This document shows, piece by piece, positions 1 to 15,200 of a stretch of 64,000 nt of DNA. Source of the DNA: Ophelia neglecta. Its lineage: Eukaryota. The first letter of the stretch is position 1. Every line of letters begins with the position of its first letter. Made by a program: the position numbers and the translations under genes. The DNA lies in NCBI GenBank assembly GCA_965285935.1, contig OZ260661.1, forward strand, positions 138,508,001 through 138,572,000. The letters are read 5' to 3'. The notes beneath the pieces are model-generated. The model made no database searches, was not told the origin of the DNA, and was given only the letters and a program-made list of their open reading frames with translations.

Positions 1-225
1 CTGTTAGAAAACTAGTCAGTTTGAAGCCTCTGAGTGGCCGTATGTTGTGTGTTCAGCAAGTGCCACTCCCAGATAGCATCCAGGTCCACAATATATGTGG
101 TGTCAAAGAGTACTTGCTGTCCCTCTACTTTGAGAACGAAAGAAGAAGTGGTGGAGGACCCATCAACAGAGTAGATTTCCACAAGGATGAAGAGTATGCA
201 ACTATCCAGTTTTCTGATCGAAAAG
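1..225 (+). CDS. Copy A exon: last PARP14/NMI-type RRM (NID-like) repeat
   Basis: IQVHNICGVKEYLLSLYFENERRSGGGPINRVDFHKDEEYATIQF; donor AAG|GTACAT at 225/226. Bases 1-129 are identical to 48274-48402. Confidence 0.88.
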
Positions 226-3200
226 GTACATTTCCCTTTTTTTATTGAATTCATTCTGGTGAGAATTCAGAAGTTAAGCTGGATATTTTATGTCTATTAT
301 GACATCAGTTTTAGTAATTTGATTAAAAAAGAATTGAAATACTGCATGACCCCTAACTTTATTCTAAAAACTGAAACCGAAAATGAAGACTATGTTCATA
401 TAAACTTAAAAACATATCCCTTTACATATTTCATATATTATCATTCCATTTGAGCTATCTCATAATCTGTTTAACTTAATTTTCCAGTATTAAAACGAGT
501 TGTGTCTCGAAGGCACAACCTAAACAACTCTGACCTGGTTGTCAAGGTGTGTTATGAACGTCTCGGTATTCTTCCTCCCGGTCATGACACATCCAAACCT
601 CCTACTAGACTACCATCATTCCTAGACATCACAGACACGGACCCTGATGTATTAGCTTTCGTCATGTATTCCCAAAAGAAAGTAGTTGAGCAAGAGTTAG
701 CAAAATTTGATTGTGAAATTCAGTGGCCAAAAAATAGTAAAGATCCACTGCATTTTGTATGCACTACCAAAGGAGATGACATAAAGGCATCGCAAAAGGC
801 CAAAGAATGGCTTAAATCAGTACAGGACAAATGGTACTATGATCTAGTCAAGAAATACTCCAAAACCAAAGTTGACACTCTGCAACATACATGGAAAGAC
901 TTTCTTAAACGAGCTGGAAAATTGAAAAATTACGAAGAGGACAAAGTCAAGGTTATTTTATTTTATTTCTCCATGTTGCTCCTTAATAAGGCATTAAAAA
1001 GATAACTGGTGGTGGACTTGAACACGTCTGGAAACTTGATCATATATGTTAATTTCCCATGTCCTCTCTAAGCAGTATTACAATCTTACTGTTAACATAA
1101 AAACAATAAAAATGTCGTCAGTAATTTTCGCAATCTCGTCACTTTGGGTACCTCTTGCACAGAACTTATTTATAAGCACTTCCCTGTGACTGTGAAGATA
1201 AGAGTCACAGAATGTGTAAACCATGGGTGGGAAGAAAGCAGATATATGGAAGGGTGGTTATTAAGACAAACCAAGATTCAGATGTGCAAAGTGTGACACG
1301 ACGGAGTGGAGATTGATCATTTTTGCAACAAGCCAATTTACTGGATGCTTGATAATTGTGCACCTGTTAAAATTAAACACTCCATCCAGATGTCCTGTTT
1401 CTATTCATGAGGCTTGTTATAAGTGTTGCAAGCTTGATGGGAGATAAGGAGTTACAGGCCATGTGGTTGTGGGCAAGCACAAAGCTCTTGTCTGAAATTC
1501 TATATTGGTTGCTTGAAGATGCCAAGCAAACATTTATAACTCCCAAGTTAGTGAGAAAGCCTTTAACCAACAGGGGTTTATGATAATTCTGAAAAGGTTA
1601 GTCAGACAAACGTTCGGAAACACTTGCAAATTGCTTTATTGGCTAGATTTCTACCACTTTGTCATATCTTATGAATATCTTATTTGTTGAACCCTGTACA
1701 AACCTGGCTAAACAAGGATTACATTAGCTAGTTGTTTGCAGCAATAGCTAACCAGAATATTAATCAGAATATTTTTGTTATAGCAACGCTTAACAAGAAG
1801 AAAAATTATTGGCTAAAAAAGTGCAAAATGTTTCTTGTATTGCTTTTCCCAACATTTCAGGCAATTTCAAGTGTTTTGAGCAGATTTTTTTGGGGAGGGG
1901 GGCATTAAGTCATTTTTCGTCATAATTCTGTATTAGTTGAATTGAAATTGGCTACATCACTGAAACCAGTATAAGAGGATGTCATGGTCATATTAAGCCA
2001 AACTGATGCCCTTGCTTAACAAATAATGCAAATCGAAGGCCTCAATGTTTTGATTTTGCCAGGCGTGGACATCAGAAAATACTTCTTTCTTTTTCATTGG
2101 TAGGAGGCATTTGGTTTCTGAACAACTTGTTTGTTTCATAGATAAAGACTTGTGACTCGACATGCTCTGTCGAAATATGGGGACTGGACGAGCCGGTGTT
2201 TAAAGTGGCTCATCACCTGACAGAGATTCAGAGAAAACTGGAAGAGGAATTGGACCATGCAAAAAAGTCGGTAACCGAACAGGTATGATAAAAGTTCTCC
2301 TATTAAACAAGGTAAGCTGTATGTATGTCCGACGTTTGACTCTACGGTAGGCACCCACCCAACAATATCCAATGCTCAAAGCATTGAAGTCTGATTAAAC
2401 AAAAATATGTACAGTTTTTGACATAAGGAAGTAAACTATGTGGAAATTTCTCGTTATTCCAGGTTACCCTGAAACTACACCAGCTTTTAATGCTGCGTGC
2501 CATCCGTTTTGATCTGAAGGAAAAAGAAGTGTTCCCAAATATAGAAATCAAAATATCCAACACAGAAATAGTATTTACTGGTTTGCCAAATGTCATTACT
2601 TCGGCAAAGCTTCACACGTACGAAGCTGTTAATAGCATTGTATCTGAGAACTTCCCTGATGTGCCAGAGAGTGTCTGCCGCCTGCTGAAAAAGAAGCCCA
2701 TTCGGGATCACATTGTTAACAACTGTAAGGTGAAAAATATGCGCATGACTTGGGATGCTGGTAAAAAACATCTTACTGTGTATGCCATGAATGACAGTGA
2801 CTTGAAGACCGGTTTTAATGTCATTACCAATGAGGTCATCGAAGCAAAAATTACTGTAACAGATGGCTCCACATTGCTAGAGACTGAGCAATGGAGTCAG
2901 CTGCGGGAAGCATTACTTAGCAAATTCCCCGACACTTTGGAGATAAATGTCAATCATGATAATGGACAAATATGTGTAGCATCAATCTGCAACCAATGCA
3001 ATCTAATCATAGAAGATATAAAGAATTTTATTTCTGAGAATACGATCTTGGAACATGCAATCGTCTTAGACAGAGGCAAATACGAATTTGCAAAGAAAGC
3101 CATGGCTGGAGAAATCCGTCAGATTGTCTGTGATTTGAAAAGTATGCTAGTGGACATTCAGTTCAAGATTGAAAATGATGAATGCCTTATGGTGGTAAAG

Positions 3201-6200
3201 GGGAAAAAGTATGTTATGCCCCCTGCAGAGAAAAAGGTCCAAGACCTCATCGGTAGCATTGCATCCCGTGATCATGATGTCAACAAACCAGGTAGGCCCA
3301 CAGGAAAATATATCTAGGGTAATGCATGGAATAGCTTACTGATCTTAAATTTAAACGTTTAACTTTGTGTCTGTGTCTGTGTGTGCGCACGTCTGCGTGT
3401 GCGTGCGTGCATGCGCACATGTGCGTGTTAGCTTTGCGTGCTTGCATCCTTGCTGTCATTGATTTAATTGGATAGATAAGGCCATTTGGTATTATCATTT
3501 TGGATGTAAATTCTTATATACAAAGAAGGGACTGACTTCTTCTTAAATGTTGTAATGGAAGGATGTCTAATCATCAATGGCAACATAAAGACTGACCATT
3601 CCCTCATTTAAGGAATGGGTAAATACTTCGTGAGCAAAAGAGGTCAAGACTTTATCGTGGCTGTAGAAAGTCGACATTCCGTTACCGTACAGCAGGTTGG
3701 TGATGAAAAAAAGGAGAAACACTATCACCCAGGAAAAAGAAGTCCTGCAACCACAGGTAAGTTGATATAGATAGTGCTCAGGTTATTTGTTTCAATTGAT
3801 TTTATTTTGGAAGTCAGTACACAACTGGACTGCTTTCGACCAATAGCAATAAAGCAAAACACTTTTTATTATTCTTAGGTAGTGATGTTGAGTTGGTAGA
3901 CGGAACGCCAGCCCCAAAGAAGGCAGCCCTTCGGAGAAGTGTGGCCACTGCAGGTTGTGTATATTTTGATAAGTTTACTTATTAGAGAGAAACTGCTATT
4001 TAAGAATCTGAACAAACATAAAATAATATTTATTTGTTCACTTAATATCATAAATTCAGATGTCATGTTAGTTTTAATCATTTTTAACATTATTTTTAGT
4101 CTACACAGTCTATTTCGGTACATCAATATGCTATCTATTCCTCCGCCCTGAAGGGAACGGAGGCATTATGTAGGCATGTCGTCCGTCCGTCTTCCGTCCG
4201 TCCATCGTCCTTCGGTGAAGTTTAAACAGTTATAAGTCAAGAGTGTTTAGTGCAATGTCTCAGCTACTTCAAATGAATTGATTTTTGAACAGGGGGCATA
4301 AATTGACGAGGATTACTAAACACTGTGACCGTCATGGTGTGTTGGTCCACATGTGTTCAGGATACGATATCTCTTGAACCGCTGTGGGAATATTTTTGTA
4401 ACTTCAAGGGATTCTTCGATGGATACTTCCCCGAACCTGAAAAAGTAATGGGCCCATCGGTGCGAGATATGCATGTCAAATGTATTAACCATTGATAGAG
4501 ACCATATACAAGGAATCCATTTAGGACCTCAAACTGCTCCTCGGGCGTTTTTTTTTCTAGGTAAAATTGAGACTCAGAAAATCATGAACGAAGAATCAAG
4601 TGGTGACGTTGAATTTGAGCTAGGGTCTCATTCTCGAGGTCAAATTGAGACTTAGCATTTTTATTGCTATTCTAACTAGCTAACGACATAAGATAAATAT
4701 TAAATAGGAAGCCCTATACAAGGAATTCAATACTGATCTCACATTTAACCTTGAGTCTCATTTTCATGGTCAAATTGAGTTTATTTTGAATGATACTTGA
4801 CGGGTCCTTGATCAGCTTTTGACCGGATCTTTATGATTGACCACGTACAAGTACGCAGTAGGATTTAAAACTTCTTAACCACTAGTGATAGAGTTCTGAA
4901 GTTTGGCATAAAGGTAATATGGCGCAAAAAGAAAGTGTTTTGTTAGTGATGTTGTTTCATATCTTTCTCTATAATATGTTGTAGAAGTTGGACGTAAAAG
5001 GCCATTAATGGGGAAGGGTGCAAGAAAGACATTTCAATAACATTGACAAGTACTATGATGTCATATTCTAGCAATTCAATGGTGATCAGGTGTTTTCTTA
5101 AATCAACGGACAAAAAGCGCCTACCCAAAAGACTCGGTTTATTTTGCTTGCAAGGCAGTATTACGCTACTTGCTGCATCTGGCGGAGGCATCCTTTAATT
5201 GGTGTCAAGCAACAATCGTAATCAAGTTATATCTAGCTCTCAATGTATCATTTAATATAACTGAAGATACACTGAACTAACGCCAATAGGTTTTAGTAAA
5301 ATTTCTTTTTTTACATATAGCCGCAAATTCAACCAAAGCCTTGTTCACAAAAGTAAATGACAAGACGCTGATGACTTCTCAGGGTGTCCTCGTCACCCTC
5401 GCTATAGGAGGCATAGAGCTGCAGAAGGTAACATGCTGTGCAAATATAAAACACATTATCTTAGCAATCTGATGATATAGAACTTCCATTAAAACTACCA
5501 GGTAAACATTGAAGTCAGCTTAGCTTTTCAACCCCTTGCCTAATACAATTTACAGTGTTTTCAGCAAAAGGAATTATGTGGGGGGTTGGGGGGGGGGCAT
5601 CTAGAGAATGATATATGTACATTTGTTTGATTTTCTTTACATTTCTTACCATTTCCTCTTTTTTTTGTACGAATCCATGTTTTTGGTAAGGCGGGGGGGG
5701 GGGAGGGAAGGGGGGGGGGGCTAATAACCGAAGCGAACAACACAATTTTTAAACATGTGGGCACAAAATATTTGGTGGGGAGGTGTTGGGCAGGTTTTAT
5801 GGGTCTCAATGTTGTGTTTTAAATAAAACAGCATTTAATGGGGTGGGTGGGGGCGCCAACTCTTGCTTTCACTCTGCCAGAAGTAGTTTAAGGACAGACT
5901 TTTTAATTTTTTTTTCAAAAATCCTTGTTGTATATGCACCCCAATTGCGCACTCTATATGCATTCTAAACTTGCCTGGACACAATTCATATGTTGTAGTG
6001 ATTAATATGGTTAGAACTGGACATTTTTAAGGGGGTGGGGGGGGAGGTTAATTTTATAAAATTCACTACTACCCCTTCTCTTTTTACGGAGATGTATCAA
6101 CCTTTCTCGGTAGCGTGATACAAAAATAGTATTTAAAAGTACTTAACATAAATATAAAGGGACACAGCAGCTGTACTTATTAACTATCAGGGTAAATTGC

Positions 6201-9200
6201 ATTTCTCAACAACTAATGTGCATTTCTGAAGATTATTTTTACTTACATCTATGAAGACTTTATCGGGAATGCATCTGTCTCAATATGTGGTGACTGCACT
6301 TTTAAATGCATTGTTTAAATGAGATTTTTAGGGGACACATTGTGTTCTGCAAGTGTACCGACTGATTTAAATATGTATTCATTTTCAAGCTGCCCACACA
6401 CACTTTATCTTAATAGAGCCTCTACTTTTCCATATATTCCGAGTTATTAAATTCGACATCAAGGTGTAAACAGGTTTGGAAAATATATTTTCTCCATATG
6501 GAAAACAAGCTTAGATAAAATTGTAAAAAAGATGGCTTCGGTGGGTCCTATTTTTTTGCAAAATGATTTTATAAAAGGGGTTTAGAACTATTTAGTGCAC
6601 TCGCACATATAACGGTTGATTAAGTAACCTAAAGTCATAATATGAGTTATATTAAAGACAAGCATGCTTCAATACAAGTTAGTTGTTCAGTAATTGAATG
6701 AGTTTTTTGCTCAGGAAAGACGTTTATTTATTTCCCTGCCTTTTTTTGAAAAAATTTCGGGGTTGTATTTTAGTTTATAGGACACATAAGCCCAGTGTGC
6801 ATCCCCCTTCCCTCCCCCCCCCCCCTCCCAGGATCTTACCATGTATGCATATGTTTTGTCCTATAGTAAAAACTTGATTTTGTTTCCGTCTTGATGTTTT
6901 AAATTGATTTTCCCAGGTGGATGTGATTGTAAATACTACATCTAGAAATATTGATGGAAAAAGTGGCGTATCTAGAGCAATGTTCAATGCAGCAGGACCT
7001 GGTCTTCAGGTATGTTGATCAAACATTCACTGAATTGTCGATGTAAACCATATTGACTGACTTTTTGCACAACTTGAGTAAAGCTATCTTAGGTTATTAT
7101 GTTGTCATATTCCGGATGTGATGCATCATCATGCAATCTTTCTTTTCATCTTTTCCTAATTGATACGACGACACCACCTATCAACACTGTAGATGACTTT
7201 TGTCTTACGCATACCAGCAAAATGCATCTGGATTTCTTTTAATAATATGCAAGGCCACTCTTATCCATTTTTCCTTTATTTATTGCACGATAGACAACAA
7301 ATATCTATTTGCTTAAATGTTAATAACCATGTAACCATTCATTTCTCTTTAAGAACATTATATGTTTTAAATTGCGGTTTCTCATGCCGGAATATGATTT
7401 TGATTTGCAATGCTTTAGAAGAAGGTGCAATTTTGATTGACATGTCTCATCCAGTCAATTTAGTGGCTAAGTTTATAACATTCAACTTGCCCTTGACAGC
7501 TCGTTAATATGCAATGTTCTCTATATCCATTTTTATGATCAAAATATTGGGGCAGATATTATAATGTACAGAGACCGTGATCATCACTGTATCCTTAAAT
7601 ATGAAGGAATGTGTCATTTGTTAGGTTACTCGTGCATTGGGATCTTTTCCATGTGAAACCCTTGTTAAAGTTGCAATTGTGTACAGTTTTCTGAAGATCA
7701 TGAGCCAAGGAAAGATACAATACGCTCTTTTATTTTCTATTTTGTATTTAAAATACTGCAAAGGAAGAACTTTTTGGACAGCATCATGAGATAAAATACT
7801 GCAACCAAAGACACGCAAAAGTAATACAAAGGAATCAAATTCATAGCCGAGCAAAGTCTTGCACTCCATTGAATTGTGGTGAAAGATTGCGACTTGCCAT
7901 GAAGGATATGATAAGAGCTGTAGGTGTGAGAGGCACTATTTGAAGAAATTAGATGTTCTTCAAATACAAGCAAAGCATCTATTTGAGTTCAGCGTCTCCG
8001 TGGCACATGGGTCTTATTAATAACTAAACCAAAAGTTAGCTTTTTTAAACCTAACGCTTTATGGACCAAGTAATACTTCTATTTTTGGGGCTGCTCTAAA
8101 GGCATTTCCATAATATTTGGGTCATGTTAATACGGTATTACCGAGTTGGCCAGTACCAAACCCACCGACCTGCGAATCTACTTTCCAGATTAATCTCTAC
8201 CAGGTTAAGGCAGCAAATACAGGCAAGTTGCGTATTGAAAAATGTGCCCGAGCGGCTGTACTGCATTGCTGCGATTTCGTAGTTCCCACTTGCTCCTCCG
8301 GTGGCGCTAGGAGTATCATGGAATCAGCGTATTGAATGTACCACCACGAGGATAAAAATGAGATGCTATTCAGGAACTCTTCAGCAGCACTAGGCCCCTT
8401 TTTGATTTTAAAATCAGAAGGTTGGCTTGCAGCTTACAAATGACGCTCCCAAAACCAAATGTGTTTTTAAAAGTCTTGTAGTGATAAGTAACCAAATATT
8501 TCTTTGAGGGCTGCACTATCGGACTTTCATGACATAAGGGGCATGTTAATTGCTTTGCCCCATCAAGTAGATAATAAAAACAGGAAAATGGGGTGAAAAT
8601 ATTATAAGATACATTTTTTAGATGCAAAATTCGCCTTAAAAATGAAATAAAGTTAAACACAAGCTCTGAAGAAAAAATGAAAAGCCTTACAGCAAGTTTT
8701 TAACCATATAAAAAAGGCCGTTATTACTAGCTATACAATTCCTTTGCATGTCATGTTATAAATTTGTTTATATGGCATAAGAAAATCACACTCTATGATT
8801 TGCCGTAGAACGTTTGTAAGTGTTGTTCGATTATCACAGTTGGAAACTCGACAGTGTGTGCCATTGAATCCCGGATCAATTGCAGTAACAAGTGGACAAA
8901 ATCTGCAGTGCAAACATATCTACCACGTAAGCTGCAGTAAATGGGATGGTCCCAATGGCAAATGTGAAAGGGTAAGCTAAACTGGCCTTATGGTTAACAA
9001 TCTGGATATTGTAAGTTGGGCACTCTTTCAAAAAGGATGATTATGGTCAACCAGTTTACACAACTAATTCAACCTTTGCATATAGACAACATAGACCTGC
9101 CAAACATCACTGGCATGTACGAAAAAAAATATTGTTTTACACACATTGTGCTTTGATCTAATATGGATGTAAAACTGAAAGAACAACAGCCTAGTTGTAT

Positions 9201-12200
9201 ATTCAATCTTATTTGGTGATATATTCATACTTACCATAGTATGCCACATAATATTTACCTCCAACCCTCATTGAAATGAGGTCATTATAGAAGCTCGTAG
9301 GAAAATAATACTTTAAGGCAAATGTCTTAGATATATGCTATGTTAAGGGGGATTAGATGATGTTTGATCTAGTAAGTATGTCAGATAGGTTATATGGTTG
9401 TTTATGCCTTCATTGATTGTTTTTCAGTTCATCAAGCAAATTGTCCCTGGTAGTTTGAAGACAGCAGAGCAAGCAGGCCTCACTTCAATAGCATTCCCTG
9501 CCATTGGAACTGGTATGTTCATTTATATTTACAATTTTAATTGTCCTGTGAGAAAATAGAACATGTACACTTGCTGTTGATTAACAACAGATAAATATAT
9601 ACTTCAAACATCTGACCATATGTTATTTTAAAGCAGCAGATACAATTGTATGATTCCAATTCGTTGAACGCTCTGTATGGAAGCCTATATGAAACGAAGT
9701 GATTTTGATTGTGCATATTATTAGGTTACCATAATCTGCCTTGGGTCAAGGTATAAGCTCTAAGTCATTAGTGAATTAGAATTTCATTGGAAGCCTAAAC
9801 AACATTTTCATTTGAGTGTGCATTGGCATAATCAAATAACTATTTTTATAATACTGTCAAGCTCTAATTCAACATATGGGTCACAGAAACACAGTGGGAG
9901 ACTGTACAAGCATACATTATCATCATCTAGCAAGGTGTTAGCACCAAGATAACATGTTCCTCACTCTAGGATAACGCATGTGATATGGGAACCCGCTTCA
10001 AACGACTTCATCATAGATCGTGTTCATGTTCATTGTGGGCCCGTTGTTAGTAGTGATGAAAACAGTTCCATTGCTTAATATAGGTTGAGTCTTGATTAAT
10101 CATCATCAGAAGTAGAAGATGATAATAAAAGTAATGACATGATTCGTTTAAGGACACTGCAGCATATTAAAATTTGCTTGTTCATGGATGGAGGTGAACA
10201 TGCTTAAGCTAAACCAGGACAAAACTGAAATTATGTTTTTCTGTAAGTGCCTTGAAGTACATCAGATACCTGTAAGCAATTACATCTTTCACACCTTATC
10301 CCGTGTTTTGACCTCGATCGTACATCTCTGAAGACTGACTTTTGTAAATTGATTTAGGCGATCTATTCAATTGATCGTAAAGATCAAGATGATCGTGTAA
10401 CTCTGTCTTTAAACCTACGACTGTAAGAATCATTATTTGACTGTCTCTTACGACGAGTTGACAGAATATATTATTATATATATATTTGTTGACAGAATAT
10501 ACCCAATTGTCAAATATGGTTCTATTGGTTCTGATCATATTGACTATCCTAACCGTTTGAATGCCATTTATGAAGAGATGACAGAATTTGCCAAATTGTT
10601 GATTGTGTGTCTATTGATATCAATTAAAGCGAATTATCATGGCACTGTAGATAAGTTGACAGAATATACCAAATCACATATGCTGTACTTATATATTGAT
10701 CAAACCGGCATCATTATCATTTAACAGCTAGAGCATAGATCAATACTGGATGCATGTAGGAAAGCATGTTTTGTCCACCTTACTGAGTTTTTATATTTAT
10801 TCCATTCACAAGTTTAGATAACTTTATTCATGATTCCTGCCTTTAACAGCTAGCACCTAGATCAACATTAGAAGCTTATTGGAAATCAAATTTGATACAT
10901 CTTATGCAATTATCAAATTTGACCTTGGTGTCCATTTTCAAGGTTAGATCACTATATTCTGCCTTTATTTTAACTGCCAACCACTAGGTCCACAATGGAA
11001 GCCTTAATGGAAGTATATCTTTGGAATCTTATAGTGTTGTCAATTTTGACCTAGGTGTCCATTTCAAGATCAGATAACAAAAACTAAATAAAAAAATGCA
11101 TTCCTTTGTTTTATCACCTAGAATCTAGAACTATTCTTACAATCAAAGAACCACATTTCATGCATTTTATCAAGTTTTTAGATGGGAGAGTTAATTAAAC
11201 CACTTACTCCTGTCAGTCTTGCCATCGGTTTGCATACCATTCCAAACATACCATGTTTGCATGACTCATTTTCATGTTAACATAAATATTGCAACATACA
11301 GATGAGGGGAAGTAGAAAACAAAAATACCTAAATTGTTTTGCCATAATGTTTTGAAGGGAGCAGGGCAGTAAAGTCCATCACATGACTGGTTCCGGAATA
11401 TTTCACAATGAAACACAGTCTCAATTTATCATTTTGCCAAGAGTGACATTTGTAGGGGCATCAGGTCTTCTATGTATAGTTTATCTTACAATTTCACAGT
11501 TTTAGGGAAAATAGCATGAACTTGAGGTTTCAAATGGTACTCAAAAAAGGTTTAATTTAAATTAATTTTCTTGGTAGGAAACAACAATGTTCCAAGAGAT
11601 AAATGTGCTGAATTGCTGTATCATGAAGTGGCCATTAATCCACATACATCAGTCAATGATGTCCGTTTTGTGATCTACGACCAGGACACTGAAACAGTCA
11701 AGGTAAGCTGTTAAAAAACAAAATCATGCATATACTATTTACAGAGGTCTACTGTCTTACGAATGATGATAATACGTTGTTCAAACTATCGTAAAGTCCT
11801 CAAAGCTTTCGGCAGCCCCATATTTTGCGAACTCTGTGATTGGCGTCAAATATGTTAAAGGTTCACCAGAATTAGATGCTCCCTGAATACTTATTGTTGA
11901 TACCTGTTAAATGCAATCTTTAAATTAAAGGGTAGCGAAAAGTATGTGTGTGCCAATATCACCGACAGTAACGGCCTCAAAATTAAAAGGTTTCACAGTG
12001 ATCCACAAACTAAACAATTAAAATAATGTAGATTCATATGCATTATATTAGGAATACATTCTGATAAAATCCCTGCTGAATCGACATGCAGCTTATTATC
12101 ATACGCAAATACTGAATTTACACTAAAATATAAAACAAGACGTTTGCAGGCACTGTCACCCTTTTTCCAACTGATAACTTATCTTGGTGCCTGTTCCAGA

Positions 12201-15200
12201 AATAATCCTTGCTATATATTTATTTATTGTATTTATAATGCATAATAGGTGAGATTTATTTTTCGCTCATGCATATAAAGAAAAATCGGACCCTGTCCCG
12301 GAATTGTACTATTTATCAACTTGACAAATCATAGGTCTTTGGGGGTCTTCTTGCTACATCACTACAGACCCACTAAGACCTTATTCATAAAGCAAATCGG
12401 AGCAGGTATCAACTAGAAACAAATTGGGTGCAATTTTAAATCTCTGGTACCCTAGTCAAGTAATTAGGCTAATTATGCCCACCTACAAATAATTGAGGAA
12501 ATGTTCTTTGCACATGTCTGAGACTCTGCCCGTCATTAGACCAAATATTGTCCGATAAATACCTAGAAAAAGTTTAGCCTAGTTCTATCAACCTTAGAAG
12601 GTAAGTTGGTCACGACGAATCGATGGGTCCCGTTGATTTTAAGGTGGTCAGGTTAAAGGTCAAGGGCATAGTGGTCTTAACCTGAGATGTGTGTCTGATC
12701 AGTAAGTAGAGAACCATTGGGCCTGGTGTCTTCATCCGCGGTTAGTCGGTTGGTCATGACAAGCTGATGAATCCTATTCATATTCAGGTCAACAGGACAA
12801 AGGTCAAGGTCTGAGTGGCCTTCAACACAAAACTTGTCCGAAAAATATGAATAAGGTGCTTAGGCTTAGTGTTCTTGTAGGTAGGTAGGTCAGGAAGATT
12901 AGCTGATCCCTGTTGATAATCAAAGGTCAAGGTCACAGTGACTTAAACTATATATAAAATTTCAAAAGTTGGTAGGATGGTTGTTCACTAATTGTACTCC
13001 ATATTCCTTGTGCTATTTCATTCCAACTGTCGCCCCTATGCCATTATTCTTTAAAATTGTAGGCATTTGAAGCAGAAATGAGTCGCCAGGCCAATCTACC
13101 TAAAGCCAAAATGGGAAGGCCGCGATCACTGATGGAACGTAGCTGCAATCTCATTGAAGAGACGATTGATAATGAAAATGGTTGGTTTCCGTTCATTGTC
13201 ATACCTGAATAAGTATACGTCTCAGAAAAGTAATTGGGCATGATGTAACAATAATTATCATATTGTCATAATGATTAAAATTAAACAAGCAGCTTTATAC
13301 ATATTGATACGTTGATTTGATCGCCAATATTGTTTTGTGACGGTTTTAATGAACGTTCCTTGTGCTAAACGTGGATAGGATTGGTGTTTTTGTGTCTGGT
13401 TGATGGTTCCTGATATTGTGGATTTTAGAAAAGAAAATTAAGTGATATGTAATAGGCTTTGACGTATACTGGTAGCTTCGTCGTCATATGTATTGTTTGA
13501 GCTGTAACGAAACAACACCTAATCACCAATCATTCATTTTTGCCCCCACTTGTTTTTAAAAAGAGTGTGGGGATACGAATTTGGCCACGTTCTGCTCCTC
13601 CGCCGCCGTTGCCGCCATATGTTATTGGAATAGTTTGGCAACCATAGGGCCAACGAAAATAATATTATACCAGCATGGTATTTAGGCCGGGGGAATTTGT
13701 TTGAGAAAGTTGGTGTCGTCCTATAATCTTTACTATTCCCCATACAGCGATATAGTATAGATTGCCAAAAAAACTGGAGCTAAACGGATGAAATGGACAG
13801 GTAGAAAGCGTTCTATTCATGAGCTGACTAGGTTTTGGTACACATCTTTTTATATTAAGTTGTCATAGCAATGCATAATAAAAATGTGATCCAATATTTG
13901 GCCAATATTTGAAACCCTTGTGTTTATAAGTAAATTCACACATTAATTAATCGTGCATTATTAAGCTACACATGCCATGTGTTATGTTCTCCACATAGTT
14001 CAAATTGATGCTCTCATCATTTAAATCTCACTTCCACGTCGGCTGCTATGCCTATCTTAAACTGTGATCTTAGTTCTCATTTCATGAGCCAACTGATAAG
14101 ACCTCCAGTCTAGCCACTGGGATTACATAAACTAGGCCAGTCACTTGTCAATCTAAGACTACAGGTGAAACTGTAATAAATAGGCTCTGATAACTATTTA
14201 TTAAGTTGATGGATTAAAGTAATAAATTTAGTGCCTCGGCCTCCTACTTCATTTATGTATTACATGTAAAAGCTTACTATATGTACTATTGATGAATGAC
14301 AAAAAGGGTTAATAAGGGGGCGGGGGATAGGTTGTAGAGGAGTTCGAGGGAAGCAGGGGTTGGGGGATGGAGGGGGTGTCGGGTGTATAAACACAGTAAT
14401 AGATTCCTCTACTTAATATTATTAGAAATAATTACATTGTTCCGTTACGGGTTTTTGCATTGCTAGTGAAAAATATATTGAATAGACAATGTTTTTCGAT
14501 TGTTGGAACAAATATTGAATCTGACTTGCAATAAAAAAGTACTCCATGTTTTCGTTAATAAAAGTTAGAGAAGATGGGCAAACTCAAAAAAGGAATTTGT
14601 CAGGAACATTGACTTAGAATCTATTCTTCATGGACTGTGACTAGGAATATAGTGTGCTATCCATTCTGGAATACCTAAGTATCATGTATCATTTATACTC
14701 TTGTTATTTCACAGATTATTTCATGGTCCAAAGTGGCGCCCCACCGGGAAACGATTTGTCTAACACTAGATGTCTGCAGGTGATGCTAGGAACAGTTAAA
14801 CTACAGCTAGAGCTGGGAGATATCACACAGGAATCAACAGATGCCATCATCAACAGCACTGATAAATCAATTGACTTAACTATGGGTAAAAGAATAGTTA
14901 TTTTCCTAGAAAATAACCAGAATAAATATCATGTCGTCATGGGGAGTTTCTGATATGAAACCATCCATCCTGTCCTCATTAATTAAAATGATATATTTAC
15001 TTGCTTAAGTGACTTGTAGATATGTGGCAAATAATTCATGTCACAGGTCATGTGCACACAGTATAATGAAACAATTGAAAAGTTCCAATGTTTGAATGTG
15101 AAAGTGATTCTGTTCTTTTTTGTACTAAGGCGGTGTTGCAAACGCTTTGGCCAAAGCAGGAGGCCATCAATTTGTGCAAGAATGTAAGCGAGCAGGTAGG

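Noticed and set aside
5515-5968. Pro/Gly-rich ORFs (and their duplicates at 50249-50711)
   Set aside because: They arise from intronic poly-G tracts whose lengths differ between the copies.
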